From an uncultured Sulfitobacter sp. (lineage in GTDB: Bacteria; Pseudomonadota; Alphaproteobacteria; Rhodobacterales; Rhodobacteraceae), in contig NZ_CANMFS010000007.1 in assembly GCF_947497275.1 (NCBI RefSeq), forward strand, positions 80,955 through 144,954: DNA of 64,000 nt, given 5' to 3'. The position numbers and the translations under genes were made by a program. The number at the start of each line of letters is the position of its first letter. The first letter of the stretch is position 1. Shown here piece by piece: positions 21,607 to 31,886 of this stretch. The notes beneath the pieces are model-generated. The model was not told the origin of the DNA, did no database searches, and was given only the letters and a program-made list of their open reading frames with translations.

Positions 21607-22986
21607 TTAGCCGACGATGTTGATCGCCTTCACGTTGACGAACTCGCGCATCCCGAAACCGCCGTGTTCGCGCCCGTACCCGGACCGTTTCACACCGCCG
21701 AACGGCATGTTCGGTTGTGCCAGACCAAAGCCGTTGATGAACACCATGCCGGTATCAAAGTGGTCCGCGGCAAGCTGCGTCGCCTTCTCAACATCTTTGG
21801 AGAAAATACCGCCGCCAAGACCGTACTCGCTGTCATTGGCGATCCGCATCGCGTCGTCGGTATCCTTGGCGCGGATCAGCGCCGCCACCGGACCGAACAG
21901 CTCATCGTCATACGCGGGCTGACCCGGTGCCACATCTTCCAAAACGGTCGCGGGATAGAAGAATCCCGACCCCTCCGGCACTTCGCCACCGCACACGATG
22001 CGCGCGCCCTTCTGGACGCTCTGCTGTACCTGTTCGTGCAGATCATCGCGCAGGTCTTCGCGCGCCATCGGGCCGATATCCACACCGTCCTTGGTCGGAT
22101 CACCATGTTTGATCGCCTTCATCGCGTCGACGAACGCATCCCGAAACTTGTCATAGATCGCATCTACCACGATAAACCGCTTCGCTGCGACGCAGGTTTC
22201 GCCGTTGTTATAGACACGGCCCTGTACACACATCTTGACGGCCTGGTCCAGGTCGGCATCCGCCAGCACCACATAGGCGTCGTTCGACCCCAGTTCGAGC
22301 ACGGATTTCTTCAGCGCCTTGCCGGCCTTTCCGCCGACGATCTCGCCCGCAGCGGGGCTCCCCGTCAGTGTCACGCCGCGCACCAGATCATTGTCGATCA
22401 CGGCGTCGGACTGGTCATGGCTGATCTTCAGAACGGTGAACAGATTTTCCGGCAGACCCGCCTCGGCATAAATGGTTTCCAGCATCACGCCCGTACCGGT
22501 CACGCTCGCGGCGTGTTTCAGCAGAACGCCGTTGCCAGCCATCAAATTGGCAATGGAATAGCGCACGACCTGATAGACCGGAAAGTTCCACGGCTGGATG
22601 CCGTAGATGACACCGATGGGCGAATGCACGATCTTGCCGCGTCCGCCCCCCGGCAGGTCACGGTCCTCTGACGCCAGCGCCTCGGCACCGTTGTCCGCCG
22701 TCCACTCGCAGATAGAAGCACACAGGTCGATTTCCTGACGGCTCTGGCTGACCAGCTTGCCCATTTCCGCCGTCATCAGATCGGCCAACGCATCCGCGTT
22801 CTCGCGCAGGCCCTCGCCGATTTTCTTCAGGATTTCCCCGCGTTCCTCGAACGACTTGTGGCGCCACTCCAGAAACGCATCGTGACATGCGGCTATCGCA
22901 TCGTCGCGCTGCGTGTCGGTCATCAGGTCGTAGTGTTCCAGCACATCGCCGGTTGCAGGGTTGATCGTCGTCAATTGATCGGTCAT
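21607..22986 (-). CDS. NAD(P)-dependent aldehyde dehydrogenase, succinate-semialdehyde dehydrogenase (Sad/GabD1)-like
   Basis: GIQPWNFP, LLKHA, TLTGS, VLELGSND, NNGETCVAAKR, ELFGPV, PFGGVKRSGYGRE. Confidence 0.9.
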   Translation of the reverse strand: MTDQLTTINPATGDVLEHYDLMTDTQRDDAIAACHDAFLEWRHKSFEERGEILKKIGEGLRENADALADLMTAEMGKLVSQSRQEIDLCASICEWTADNGAEALASEDRDLPGGGRGKIVHSPIGVIYGIQPWNFPVYQVVRYSIANLMAGNGVLLKHAASVTGTGVMLETIYAEAGLPENLFTVLKISHDQSDAVIDNDLVRGVTLTGSPAAGEIVGGKAGKALKKSVLELGSNDAYVVLADADLDQAVKMCVQGRVYNNGETCVAAKRFIVVDAIYDKFRDAFVDAMKAIKHGDPTKDGVDIGPMAREDLRDDLHEQVQQSVQKGARIVCGGEVPEGSGFFYPATVLEDVAPGQPAYDDELFGPVAALIRAKDTDDAMRIANDSEYGLGGGIFSKDVEKATQLAADHFDTGMVFINGFGLAQPNMPFGGVKRSGYGREHGGFGMREFVNVKAINIVG

Positions 22987-23021
22987 CGGTGTCTCCTTGG
23001 TATGGAATTCCTTTCCACACC

Positions 23022-23046
23022 AACAACCGATCCCGCCCGAGGTTCC
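23022..23046 (-). promoter_or_regulatory. Possible EcfG/RpoE2 (general stress sigma) promoter GGAAC-N17-GTT upstream of the aldehyde dehydrogenase
   Basis: Minus strand ggaac ctcgggcgggatcggtt gtt. Confidence 0.45.
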
Positions 23047-23070
23047 TGCGACACTTTCGCGCCGCGTACT

Positions 23071-25569
23071 CTACCCCCGTGCCGTCAACGCCGACAACGG
23101 ACAATCAAGCTGCCAACGCAACCCCTCAGGCGCGTAGTCGAGGATCACCTCTCCACCAATATTCGACTGCGTCATCTGCTTGATCACGGTCGAACCGAAC
23201 CCACGCCGCTCGGGGCGTACAACCGTCGGTCCGCCCTTCTCAACCCACCGCAGCTGGAAATCGCGGTCCGGGCGGGAACCCTCTTCGACGGTCCAGTCAA
23301 TCGTAATCTCGCCCGCTTCGGTCGACAGCGCCCCGTATTTACCCGCATTCGTGGCCAGTTCATGCAGCGCCATCCCGATGGCCTGTGCGGCATGCGGCCC
23401 GACAGTGACGCGCGGTCCCGACAGATGGATACGGCTCCCCACCAGATCCTGAAAATGCGCCATCTGGGACAACGCCAGATCGCCCAGATCCACGGTATCC
23501 GTCGCCTGTTTCACCAACAGATCCTGCGCATCCGCCAACGCACGGATCCGTGTCTCGAACCGTTCCATGAAACCTTCGATGCCGCTGCGCGCGGTCTGCC
23601 GGGCCATGATCTGGATCAGCGTCAGCATGTTCTTGGTGCGGTGGTTGATCTCTCCCAGCAGCGACTGCGCGTGCGCGCGGGCCTCTTCGCGCTGCGAAAT
23701 GTCGAACCCGGACGCGATCAGGAACAACAGCTTGCCATGCGCGTCGAACACCGGCGCAAGCATGAAATCGATCAGCAGCGTCTGCTCCCCCTCCGCCCGG
23801 ACCAACATGTCAAAACTCACCACCTCGCCGGCGACCGCATCGGCGCAGGCCGTGCGGACCCTGGCTTGAATATCTGGGTCATCGCGCAGCCAATGCGTGT
23901 CCCAGAACGGCTGCCCGATCACATCCGCCCGCTCCAACCCGCCCAGCTGCAACGCGGGCCAGTTCACTTCGCGCAACGTACCGTCCGGGTCCACGACCCC
24001 TACAAATGAATTGATGTTGTCAAGCACCTGCCGCAACCACTGTGCACTGTCGCGCGAGGCATGTTCCGCCATCTTGCGCTCCGTCACATCATAGACGACG
24101 CCGGTGATCTGCTTCGCCTTGCCGGGGGCGCCCATACTCAGTTCACCTTTCGCCGCCATATACCGGATTTCGCCGTCCGACATCCGGATACGAAAATCGA
24201 CGTCAAGCTGTGGGCCCCCGTCCAGCGTCGCTTTCAGCGCCGCGTCGATGCCATCTATATCGTCGCGGTGAATGCCCTGCCGCCATAAATCTCCGGCCGC
24301 CCCGTCCTGCGGTGTGCGACCGAACAGCCGGTACAGCTGCTTGGACCAGCTGAATTCGCCGCTTTGCGGATCATAGGACCACGCCCCCATATCCGCCGCG
24401 TCATACGCCATGTTCAATCGGCGTTCGCGCTGTTCCAGCTCGGTCTCGTGACGCAACCGCTCGGTCAGGTCGTAGAAATGACAGACCACGCCATAACGCC
24501 CGTCCGCCAGCCGCATCCGGTCTATGCCCCAGTCGTACGACTCGATACTCTTGCGGTCGTTGCGAAGCTCGACCAGCGGCGTCGCGCGGTACGGCTCGCC
24601 CGTTCGCAGCGTGTGACGAAAATGTCCTACCGCCTCGGTCGCAAAGGACGCAGGCCACAGGATATGCAGCACCTCCGACAGATCCCGACCCAACAGCGGC
24701 TTGACCTCTTCAAAAACAGGAAGGCCCCCCGCGCTCATCCGGACGACGCGCATATCGGCATCCACCGCGTAGACACCGAACGGCGCACGGTCGATCAGGT
24801 TCCAGAAATCCTCCTGTGCGGCAAGCGGCGCATTGTCCGTGATCTCCGTCACATCCGTCAGCGTACCGGTCACGCGCGGCACTTTTCCGGTCGCCGGGTC
24901 CAGGGGGCCGTGCGCCTCTCCCGTATCGCGCACCCACCGCACCTGCCCGTCGGGCAATGTCACCCGAAACGTGATCTCGAACGGGCCGACCGCCCGCACC
25001 GCCGCATCCAGTGCCGTGTCGAACATCACCCGGTCATCGGGGTAGATCGACCTGAACACCGCCTCGCCGGTCAGTTGCAGCCCGTGCGGCTGTAGAAACA
25101 TCTGCCGCATTTCCGCGGACCAATGCGTAATGTCGTTTACGACGTCATACTCGTAGGATCCGAACGCCACGGCACCGGGGGCATGCGCCGTTGCGGGACG
25201 CGACCGTTCCTTGGTGACATCCACCAGAACACCGCTCAGAACCCTGCCAATATCGGGGTCCGCATCCTGCAGCGCCATGTGGGAAAACAGATGCACCAAG
25301 GCGCCATCGGTACACCGGACGCGATACTCGTGCGACAGGGTGCCGCCGTTCTCCGCAACGCCGAAAATCTCAGTCTCGAACCGCAGCCGGTCTTCGGGGT
25401 GCACCATGTCGATGAACGTGCGCAAGGCCGGCGCTTTCTCAAGGCCCAAAAGCTTCAACGCCAGTGGCGAAAATTCGCCACTTTCTTTACAAAGGTTCCA
25501 GCCAAACGCGGACAAACCGCCGAAATCGCGGACATCGGGCATCAAGGATGTCTCCTGCAGAATAGTCAT
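23071..25569 (-). CDS. Soluble multi-PAS HWE-family sensor histidine kinase
   Basis: About five PAS/PAC repeats (VHPED.., IYPDD.., IHRDD..); GEINHRTKNM H-box, HELATNAGKYGALS, WVEKGGP, GFGS; no TM helix seen. Confidence 0.9.
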   Translation of the reverse strand: MTILQETSLMPDVRDFGGLSAFGWNLCKESGEFSPLALKLLGLEKAPALRTFIDMVHPEDRLRFETEIFGVAENGGTLSHEYRVRCTDGALVHLFSHMALQDADPDIGRVLSGVLVDVTKERSRPATAHAPGAVAFGSYEYDVVNDITHWSAEMRQMFLQPHGLQLTGEAVFRSIYPDDRVMFDTALDAAVRAVGPFEITFRVTLPDGQVRWVRDTGEAHGPLDPATGKVPRVTGTLTDVTEITDNAPLAAQEDFWNLIDRAPFGVYAVDADMRVVRMSAGGLPVFEEVKPLLGRDLSEVLHILWPASFATEAVGHFRHTLRTGEPYRATPLVELRNDRKSIESYDWGIDRMRLADGRYGVVCHFYDLTERLRHETELEQRERRLNMAYDAADMGAWSYDPQSGEFSWSKQLYRLFGRTPQDGAAGDLWRQGIHRDDIDGIDAALKATLDGGPQLDVDFRIRMSDGEIRYMAAKGELSMGAPGKAKQITGVVYDVTERKMAEHASRDSAQWLRQVLDNINSFVGVVDPDGTLREVNWPALQLGGLERADVIGQPFWDTHWLRDDPDIQARVRTACADAVAGEVVSFDMLVRAEGEQTLLIDFMLAPVFDAHGKLLFLIASGFDISQREEARAHAQSLLGEINHRTKNMLTLIQIMARQTARSGIEGFMERFETRIRALADAQDLLVKQATDTVDLGDLALSQMAHFQDLVGSRIHLSGPRVTVGPHAAQAIGMALHELATNAGKYGALSTEAGEITIDWTVEEGSRPDRDFQLRWVEKGGPTVVRPERRGFGSTVIKQMTQSNIGGEVILDYAPEGLRWQLDCPLSALTARG

Positions 25570-25749
25570 GTGGTACCGCTGACCACGTCAGGAAGGCATG
25601 TCATAATGGGTAAACACCAGTTAAAGAAAGGCCAATTAAGCCAACTCACTACGAAGATGCACACGTCCGTCGCGCGCCTCGAAATTACGATTATCGTGTA
25701 AGTGGAATTGGTGTGTCAATTGATTGTGATATGCGCCGTGCGAACGGCA

Positions 25750-28700
25750 TCAATTTTTTGCGCGCAACCTTTTTCTGCCGCGTGCAAAGAAAGACGCATA
25801 GGCCGGGACCAGAACCATCTGCATCACCGACACGAACAGGATTCCGAAACCCAATGATACCGCCGTCGGAACGAGGAACTGTGCCTGAACCGACGTTTCC
25901 AGAATCAGCGGCGAGATCCCCAGGAATGTGGTCAAAGTCGTCAGCATCACGGGCCGGAACCGGCTCAGCGTGGCCTCGGTGATCGCCTCCATCGGATCGT
26001 CGCCATCGTCCTCGCGCGCGATGATGAAATCGACGATCAACAGCGCGCCGTTCACGATCACACCGGCCAGACCGACGATACCGAACATCGACAGCAACGT
26101 CAGGTTCAACCCCAACAGCGCGTGACCGAATACCGCGCCCACGACCCCGAAGGGGATCACCCCCAAAACGATCAGGGGCCGCGAGTAGCTGCCGAACGCC
26201 AGCGCCAGCAACGCGTAGATCACGAAGAGCGCCAGCGCAAAGTTGAACGCCAGCGCCGGACCGAACCGGCCCGCTTCCTCCTGCTCACCGCCCGCCGTGA
26301 CGGTAAGCGTCGGATAATCCTGCTGCAGCTTCGGCACCACTTGCGACAACAGCCATGATGTCTCCGTGCCACCGGTGGTCACGGCAGTATCCGCATCGGC
26401 GGTCAGCGTGGCAATGGCGCGTCCGTTGATCCGGGTGATCTCTGTCGGTGCCGACTGAAACCCGATGTCGGCCACGATAGGCAACGCCACCATGCCGCCC
26501 TCGGGCGTCGGAATGTCCAGCAGCAACAGGTCCGCGATGCTGTCGCGCTGCGGACCGGCCAGACGTAGGCGCAGGTCGACTTCTTCGCGGTTGCGCGCAA
26601 TCTGGTCGACGACCGCACCGTAGAAGGCCGCACGCACCTCGTTCGCCACGGTCTGCAGCGAAATTCCGTAGACCCGCGCCGCCGGACGCAGATCAATCGT
26701 CACCTCGCGCGCCGCACTCACCCGGTCATCGCGGATGTCGAACACACCGTCGCGTTCTTCAAGCTTGCTGCGCATTTCACCCAGAGCGGCGTCGCGCGCC
26801 GCTTCGGTCTCGGCGGACACCTGCAACTGGATCGCGGCCCCGACCCCCACAACCGAAGACGAAAAGATGACTTCGCTCGCCCCCGCCACCTCGCCCACGG
26901 CTTCGCGCCACGCGTTCTTGAACGTCTCGGCATCGGTTTCGCGCGTGGCGGCGTCGCGCAACCGTGCCTCGATCGTGGCAGTACTGCCCGCCGGTGCGGT
27001 CGCCGCACTCGGACCACCGCCCCCGGTGCCAAACCCGACGGTCACGGCGGTTGCCTCCAACAGATCGGACTCACCCAGATCTTCCGCCGCCCGCTCCGCC
27101 GCCGCGATGAACTGCTCGGCCTTCGCCGCAGTCTCTTCCGATGTCGTACCTTCCGGCAGATTCAGTTGCGCGGTCACGAAATTACCTTCGATCGCCGGGA
27201 AAAACACGAATTTCACGGTCCCTCCGCCGATCAACCCCGCCGCGAATGCCCCGATGGCCAGGCAGGTCACAAGCGTGAACACAGGGTGCACCACCGCCCC
27301 CCGCACCACCGGGCGCAACCGGCGATCCGACGTGCGCCGGAACCATCCGTCGACGCGGGTGCGCAGCCACTCCGTCGCCCGCCGCGGCGAATAACGGCGC
27401 AGTTTCGACAGCCGGATACTGCTCAGATGGCGCGGCAGCACAAAGAAAGACTCGGCCAACGACAGCGACAGCAGATAGATCACCACAGCCGCCACCGGCG
27501 CGATGAACGACCCCGACGAGCCGGGCAGAAACAGCAGCGGCACGAAAGCCGCGATGGAGGTCGTGACCGAGAACGCGATGGGCCGCCAGACCCGCATCAC
27601 CGCCCGCTCCGCCGCCCCCGCGGCATCGCCGTCTCCCTCCAACTCGACGAACGTATTTTCACCGACCACGATGGCATCATCCACCACGATCCCCAGCGCG
27701 AGGATAAAACCGAACAAGCTCAACTGGTTGATCGTTGTCCCGAACACAAGCATCGGCCCGAACGCCCCGATGAACGACACCGCCACGCCAAGCGCCACCC
27801 AAAGTGCGATCCGCAGATCGACGAACAATGTCAGCACCGTCAGCACCAGTGCCGTCCCGATCGCCGCGTTCTTGATCAGCAGCGAAATGCGCCCGCGCAA
27901 TGTCTCCGCCTCGTTGCGCCACACCGTCGCTGTGATCTGCTCCGGCAGTTGCGGGCGGAATTCCTCCTCGAGCCAGGTGCGCGCGGCGTCTGCCGTGGCT
28001 AACACCTGCTCGCTTCCCACCCGGTTCACCGACACGAAAACCGCCGGCTTGCGCCCCACAGACGCCGAAATATCCTCGTCCGCCAGCGTCTCGCGGATCC
28101 GCGCGATGTCCGACAGCCGCACCTCGGCACCCGAGGCGCCGGTGAACAGGATCTTGCCGCGCAGCTGATCGGCGCTGGACGCTTCACCGACCGTACGCAC
28201 CTGAATGTCCCGGTTGCCGTCGTCAATCACCCCGCCCGACAGGTCCAGCGTCTCTGCAGACAACCGTTGCGCCAGTTCCGCCAACCCGATGCCATAACTG
28301 CGCAGCGTCTCGCGCGTGACTTCAATCTCGATCAGATCCGTCGCAGCACCGGAAATCGCCACCTGGCTGACATCGGGAAGCGCACGCAGCTCGCGCCGCG
28401 CCTGCTCCCCCAGCGCCTTGAGCGTCTCGGGCGGCGCATCGCCGTGAATGACGATCTGTACGGCGAGCTCGACCGGCTCCACCTCGGCGATGCGCGGCGT
28501 ATCAGAGGCGGCGGGAAAAGTCGTGATGCGGGCGATCTCTGTCTCGATGTCGTCCTTGACGTCCGCCATCACTGCGCCGCGCACCAGATCCGCCGTGACG
28601 GTTCCGACACCGGACCGCGCCGTTCCGGTCAGCTTGCGAATCCCCTCCAGCCCCTGCAACCGCTCCTCTATCGGTACCAGCACCGCGTCCGACACCTCGG

Positions 28701-28872
28701 TCGGGGTCGCGCCGGGATATGGCACCGTCACCGTCACGGCACCGGTCGCGATCTCTGGAAAGGTCCGCACCGTTACCGAAAACAGCGCCGCGATACCCGC
28801 GGCCACCATCAACGCCATCAGCAGGTTTGCCGCGACCGGGTTGCGCAGGAACCAGCGGATAATCCCGCCCAC
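25750..28872 (-). CDS. RND efflux transporter permease (AcrB/AcrD/AcrF superfamily)
   Basis: RNPVAANLLM, LGIVVDDAIVVGEN, RFRPVMLTTLTTFLGISPL; 1040 aa. Confidence 0.93.
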   Translation of the reverse strand: MGGIIRWFLRNPVAANLLMALMVAAGIAALFSVTVRTFPEIATGAVTVTVPYPGATPTEVSDAVLVPIEERLQGLEGIRKLTGTARSGVGTVTADLVRGAVMADVKDDIETEIARITTFPAASDTPRIAEVEPVELAVQIVIHGDAPPETLKALGEQARRELRALPDVSQVAISGAATDLIEIEVTRETLRSYGIGLAELAQRLSAETLDLSGGVIDDGNRDIQVRTVGEASSADQLRGKILFTGASGAEVRLSDIARIRETLADEDISASVGRKPAVFVSVNRVGSEQVLATADAARTWLEEEFRPQLPEQITATVWRNEAETLRGRISLLIKNAAIGTALVLTVLTLFVDLRIALWVALGVAVSFIGAFGPMLVFGTTINQLSLFGFILALGIVVDDAIVVGENTFVELEGDGDAAGAAERAVMRVWRPIAFSVTTSIAAFVPLLFLPGSSGSFIAPVAAVVIYLLSLSLAESFFVLPRHLSSIRLSKLRRYSPRRATEWLRTRVDGWFRRTSDRRLRPVVRGAVVHPVFTLVTCLAIGAFAAGLIGGGTVKFVFFPAIEGNFVTAQLNLPEGTTSEETAAKAEQFIAAAERAAEDLGESDLLEATAVTVGFGTGGGGPSAATAPAGSTATIEARLRDAATRETDAETFKNAWREAVGEVAGASEVIFSSSVVGVGAAIQLQVSAETEAARDAALGEMRSKLEERDGVFDIRDDRVSAAREVTIDLRPAARVYGISLQTVANEVRAAFYGAVVDQIARNREEVDLRLRLAGPQRDSIADLLLLDIPTPEGGMVALPIVADIGFQSAPTEITRINGRAIATLTADADTAVTTGGTETSWLLSQVVPKLQQDYPTLTVTAGGEQEEAGRFGPALAFNFALALFVIYALLALAFGSYSRPLIVLGVIPFGVVGAVFGHALLGLNLTLLSMFGIVGLAGVIVNGALLIVDFIIAREDDGDDPMEAITEATLSRFRPVMLTTLTTFLGISPLILETSVQAQFLVPTAVSLGFGILFVSVMQMVLVPAYASFFARGRKRLRAKN

Positions 28873-28873
28873 G

Positions 28874-30103
28874 TTATTGCTCCTCCGCTGCGTCGACCCG
28901 CACGTCTTGCCCGTCCGTCGCCGCCGCCAGATCGGTCAGCATCACGCGCGTCCCGGGGGCAGGCGCACCCGCACCCAGAACGACCCGCGCACCCTCGCCC
29001 GTGCCGCGCCGCAGCACATCCACCTCCGACCGGCTCAGGATACCGTCGGCAACGCGCCACACGACATCGCCGGATTTCACCGCCCGTCCCGGCACAGACA
29101 CCGCGCCGCGCTCCGACAGGTCGACCGACAGCTCCAGCGTCAGCAATTCACCGATGCGAATCGGACGCGCATCGGGAAACCCCTCCCGCGTCGCGGCAAA
29201 GGGATCGTCGATCCGCACAATCAGGGCGACCGTCCGCGTCTGCGCGTCGATCTGCGGTCCCAACGCTGTCACCGTTCCTTGCGCAATGCGCGGGCCCGTC
29301 GCCGCGCCATCCGCCGCCGACGGCACAGCCAGAACCCGCACCGGCGCGCCCATGGCGCTCTGCGCGTCGCCCAACAGCGCCAGATCGCCGGGCGTCAGCC
29401 CCATCTCAACCTCCGCCTGCGCCGACGCGATCAGCTCGCCCAGGGACATGCCCGCCGTCGCCAGCGCGCCGGGATCGGCGGTGGCCTGTGCCACGACCGC
29501 ATCAAAGGGCGCGCGGATGATGGCGTCGTCGATGCGTTGCTGGATCAGGTCCCGCTCCGCCCGTGCCGTCTGCAACGCCGCATCGGCTGTGGCAAGCTCG
29601 ACCAGCGCCTGTTGCAAGGTCGCCTCCGACGCAATATTGTTTTCCTCCAGTTGCCGCTGCCGGTCCACGCTGATCTGCGCTTCGGCCACAACCGCCTCTG
29701 CCTGGGCGATGCCCGCCGCCGCGCGCTGGCGTTCCGCCTGCAACCGGGTGGTGTCCAGTTGCACCAGCACGTCGCCGCGCGCGACCGTAGCGCCCCGGGT
29801 AAAGCTGTCGGACACCGACGCAATGCGGGCCGTAATCTCGGACACGACCGTTACGTCCGACACCGGGCGCACAAAACCGGTCTGTCGGATCACAACCTGC
29901 GCCGCCTCCGCGACCAACCCGGTTTCGATCAGGGGGGGCTGTGGGGGCGCCATTTCCTGCGTTTGATCCGCGCGCGTCAGGTACCAGTATCCACCGGCAC
30001 CGATGGCCAGCACGATCAAGCCGCCCACCAGCCACGGCCAAAGCCGCCCCTGGTCCGCCGTATCGTCGCTTCGGTCCACGTCGGCGGTGTCGTCTTTGGT
30101 CAT
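28874..30103 (-). CDS. RND membrane fusion (periplasmic adaptor) protein
   Basis: N-terminal TM, GATVARGDVLVQLD lipoyl motif, helical hairpin, IRAPFDA; start set at MTKDD (30103). Confidence 0.88.
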   Translation of the reverse strand: MTKDDTADVDRSDDTADQGRLWPWLVGGLIVLAIGAGGYWYLTRADQTQEMAPPQPPLIETGLVAEAAQVVIRQTGFVRPVSDVTVVSEITARIASVSDSFTRGATVARGDVLVQLDTTRLQAERQRAAAGIAQAEAVVAEAQISVDRQRQLEENNIASEATLQQALVELATADAALQTARAERDLIQQRIDDAIIRAPFDAVVAQATADPGALATAGMSLGELIASAQAEVEMGLTPGDLALLGDAQSAMGAPVRVLAVPSAADGAATGPRIAQGTVTALGPQIDAQTRTVALIVRIDDPFAATREGFPDARPIRIGELLTLELSVDLSERGAVSVPGRAVKSGDVVWRVADGILSRSEVDVLRRGTGEGARVVLGAGAPAPGTRVMLTDLAAATDGQDVRVDAAEEQ

Positions 30104-30173
30104 GCAGCAGGCTTTCCGGTAAATCGTGCGATACGCATGATCTATCTTGCGACTTCCAGAAGGCAAGAACGCG

Positions 30174-31376
30174 TTATGCGTCCGTCGAAACGTCCGTCTC
30201 CGCAAAGGCATCCGGCGCCATATCCTGCCAGAACGCCTGTATCGCCCCGAAATTCAGCGCGGACATCCATCCGTGCCGATCAAAATCCGACAGCGCGGCC
30301 GCGCTGTCGATGGAGGATGCGAACAGCCTGCGATCTGCGTCGCGTTGCGTCGGGGTGCGCGAAGCGGCCAGATCGCGCACCTTCGCCAACGCGCGCGCAC
30401 GCGACGATGTGGGCGGGCTCGCCGCCCCTGCCCCGGTCCGCCCAAAATCATCCCGCAGCGCCGCACTCAGGTAGCCCACTGGGTTCTGAACGCCCGATTT
30501 CCCGGCTACGAATGTCAGTTTGTCCAACATCACATCCTCGCCGTGCTCGGCGATCCATTGCCGTGCCAACCGGTCCGCAACCCCCAGCGCCTGCAGTTTT
30601 TCGTACACGTCCGATTTGCGCGCCCCTGCCCCGTCATCCAGATCCAGAATCGCCAGTTGCGGGTTTTCCTTGATCCGGAACCGGATCTCCGACACCGCCC
30701 TGCCCCGCTTGCGGATCTCGGGCGTCACCAGAATGTTCGAGGTCCGGTTCACTTCGGCCACCGCCGGTTTGATGATCTTAGCGTTGAGATGCTTGTAAAC
30801 GCCGTAATAGGCACTGTCCTCAATGCCCATCAGCCGGCGGAACAGGTCAAGGGGCCACCACCCGGTGCTGCCGGTGCGCACGAAGCGATAGCAGTTTTCA
30901 TAAAGCGCCAGCGCGTGCCCGCTGGTAAACCGGCGCTGAATATTGAGGTTGATCAACGCGAATACCTTCGGATCATCCAGCTTTGCCGCGAGGGCCGGGG
31001 AATACGCGTATTCGCACACCCCACCCTTGAGTCGCGCATAGCTCAGAAGGCTTGATACCCCCCACTCCTGCTGGCCCTGATCATCAAGCATGTCCCATTC
31101 CGCAACAGTCTCTGCGAGGCCTCTTAGAGACGCTTTGAGTGTCTCTATGTCGTTAGAATTGTAACCGATCATCATGCACAGCGTTCGTGCGTCGATCATA
31201 TGCACCTGCTGACGCGTCAGTGTATCGTAGGCATTGAGCAGCAACACGTTGCTCAGCTTGCGCTGCAACAGCGTCAGCTTGCCCGACACATGAATCGCCG
31301 CCACATGTTTTTTCACCGATCCACGCCTCAGCGCGCCGGTAAGATGTTGCTTGGGAATGTCTTCGTGTTTGTCCAC
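30174..31376 (-). CDS. Plasmid replication initiator (Rep_3-like; resembles Rhodobacterales DnaA-like replicases)
   Basis: RRGSVKKHVAAIHVSGKLTLLQRKLSNVLLLNAY, FTSGHALALYENC, YKHLNAKIIKPAVAEVN; divergent from parAB; GTG start at 31376 with gagg RBS (the ORF is open to 31475). Confidence 0.8.
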   Translation of the reverse strand: MDKHEDIPKQHLTGALRRGSVKKHVAAIHVSGKLTLLQRKLSNVLLLNAYDTLTRQQVHMIDARTLCMMIGYNSNDIETLKASLRGLAETVAEWDMLDDQGQQEWGVSSLLSYARLKGGVCEYAYSPALAAKLDDPKVFALINLNIQRRFTSGHALALYENCYRFVRTGSTGWWPLDLFRRLMGIEDSAYYGVYKHLNAKIIKPAVAEVNRTSNILVTPEIRKRGRAVSEIRFRIKENPQLAILDLDDGAGARKSDVYEKLQALGVADRLARQWIAEHGEDVMLDKLTFVAGKSGVQNPVGYLSAALRDDFGRTGAGAASPPTSSRARALAKVRDLAASRTPTQRDADRRLFASSIDSAAALSDFDRHGWMSALNFGAIQAFWQDMAPDAFAETDVSTDA

Positions 31377-31559
31377 TGTCGCCCTCACCTCGGCGGAATT
31401 TTTCCCGCTCTCGCTCGTTCTCTCATTCTGGCCCAACAGGAACCCCGTGGCAAGAGACCTTCGGACACCTTTCAACCCACGGGCCTCCGTAGTCGCAGAT
31501 CAACTGAAGGAACCCATTTGCGGGACGCGTGGCATCCACCGAACGCGTCGAATCCTGAA

Positions 31560-31800
31560 AACAGACCCTGTATAGGCTATTCCCGCATCCTGATACCCAT
31601 CAACCTGCGAATCGGCCCCCTCTGTACCGCTCGCGGGTACCTTTTGACCTGTATCCGGATGCTCTTGATCCTGTATCCAGGTCCCGAACTGCGTTTAATT
31701 CATTGAAATCGGATGGGATTTCAATCTTAAAGATTCTTAAAATCCCTAAAGACTCTACAACTTTCTTTGTCGTGCCTTTGAATTTCGATGTTTCAGGGCA
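31560..31800. other. Candidate plasmid replication origin / partition control region
   Basis: CCTG(T)AT(A/C)-type repeats at 31567, 31589, 31648, 31670 (pairs 22 bp apart); perfect inverted repeat attgaaatc/gatttcaat at 31702-31725; AT-rich ~10-bp repeats tcttaaaga/tcttaaaat/ccctaaaga at 31725-31752. Confidence 0.55.
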
Positions 31801-31886
31801 ACTGCGACCAAAGAGATTCACAATTCCCCCCGCGTGTGCGATAGAATAGCGAACGCTACCCAATTTTGCGCACATCCCGAGGTATT

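Noticed and set aside
23071-25569. Possible LOV blue-light sensor
   Set aside because: No GXNCRFLQ motif in any PAS domain.
28448-30673. Long + strand ORF (741 aa) and many similar 200-460 aa ORFs antisense to real genes (e.g. 699-1928, 8947-10059, 12385-13773, 21364-22671)
   Set aside because: Shadow ORFs typical of high-GC DNA: Arg/Pro/His-rich, no motifs, and fully overlapping well-supported genes on the other strand.
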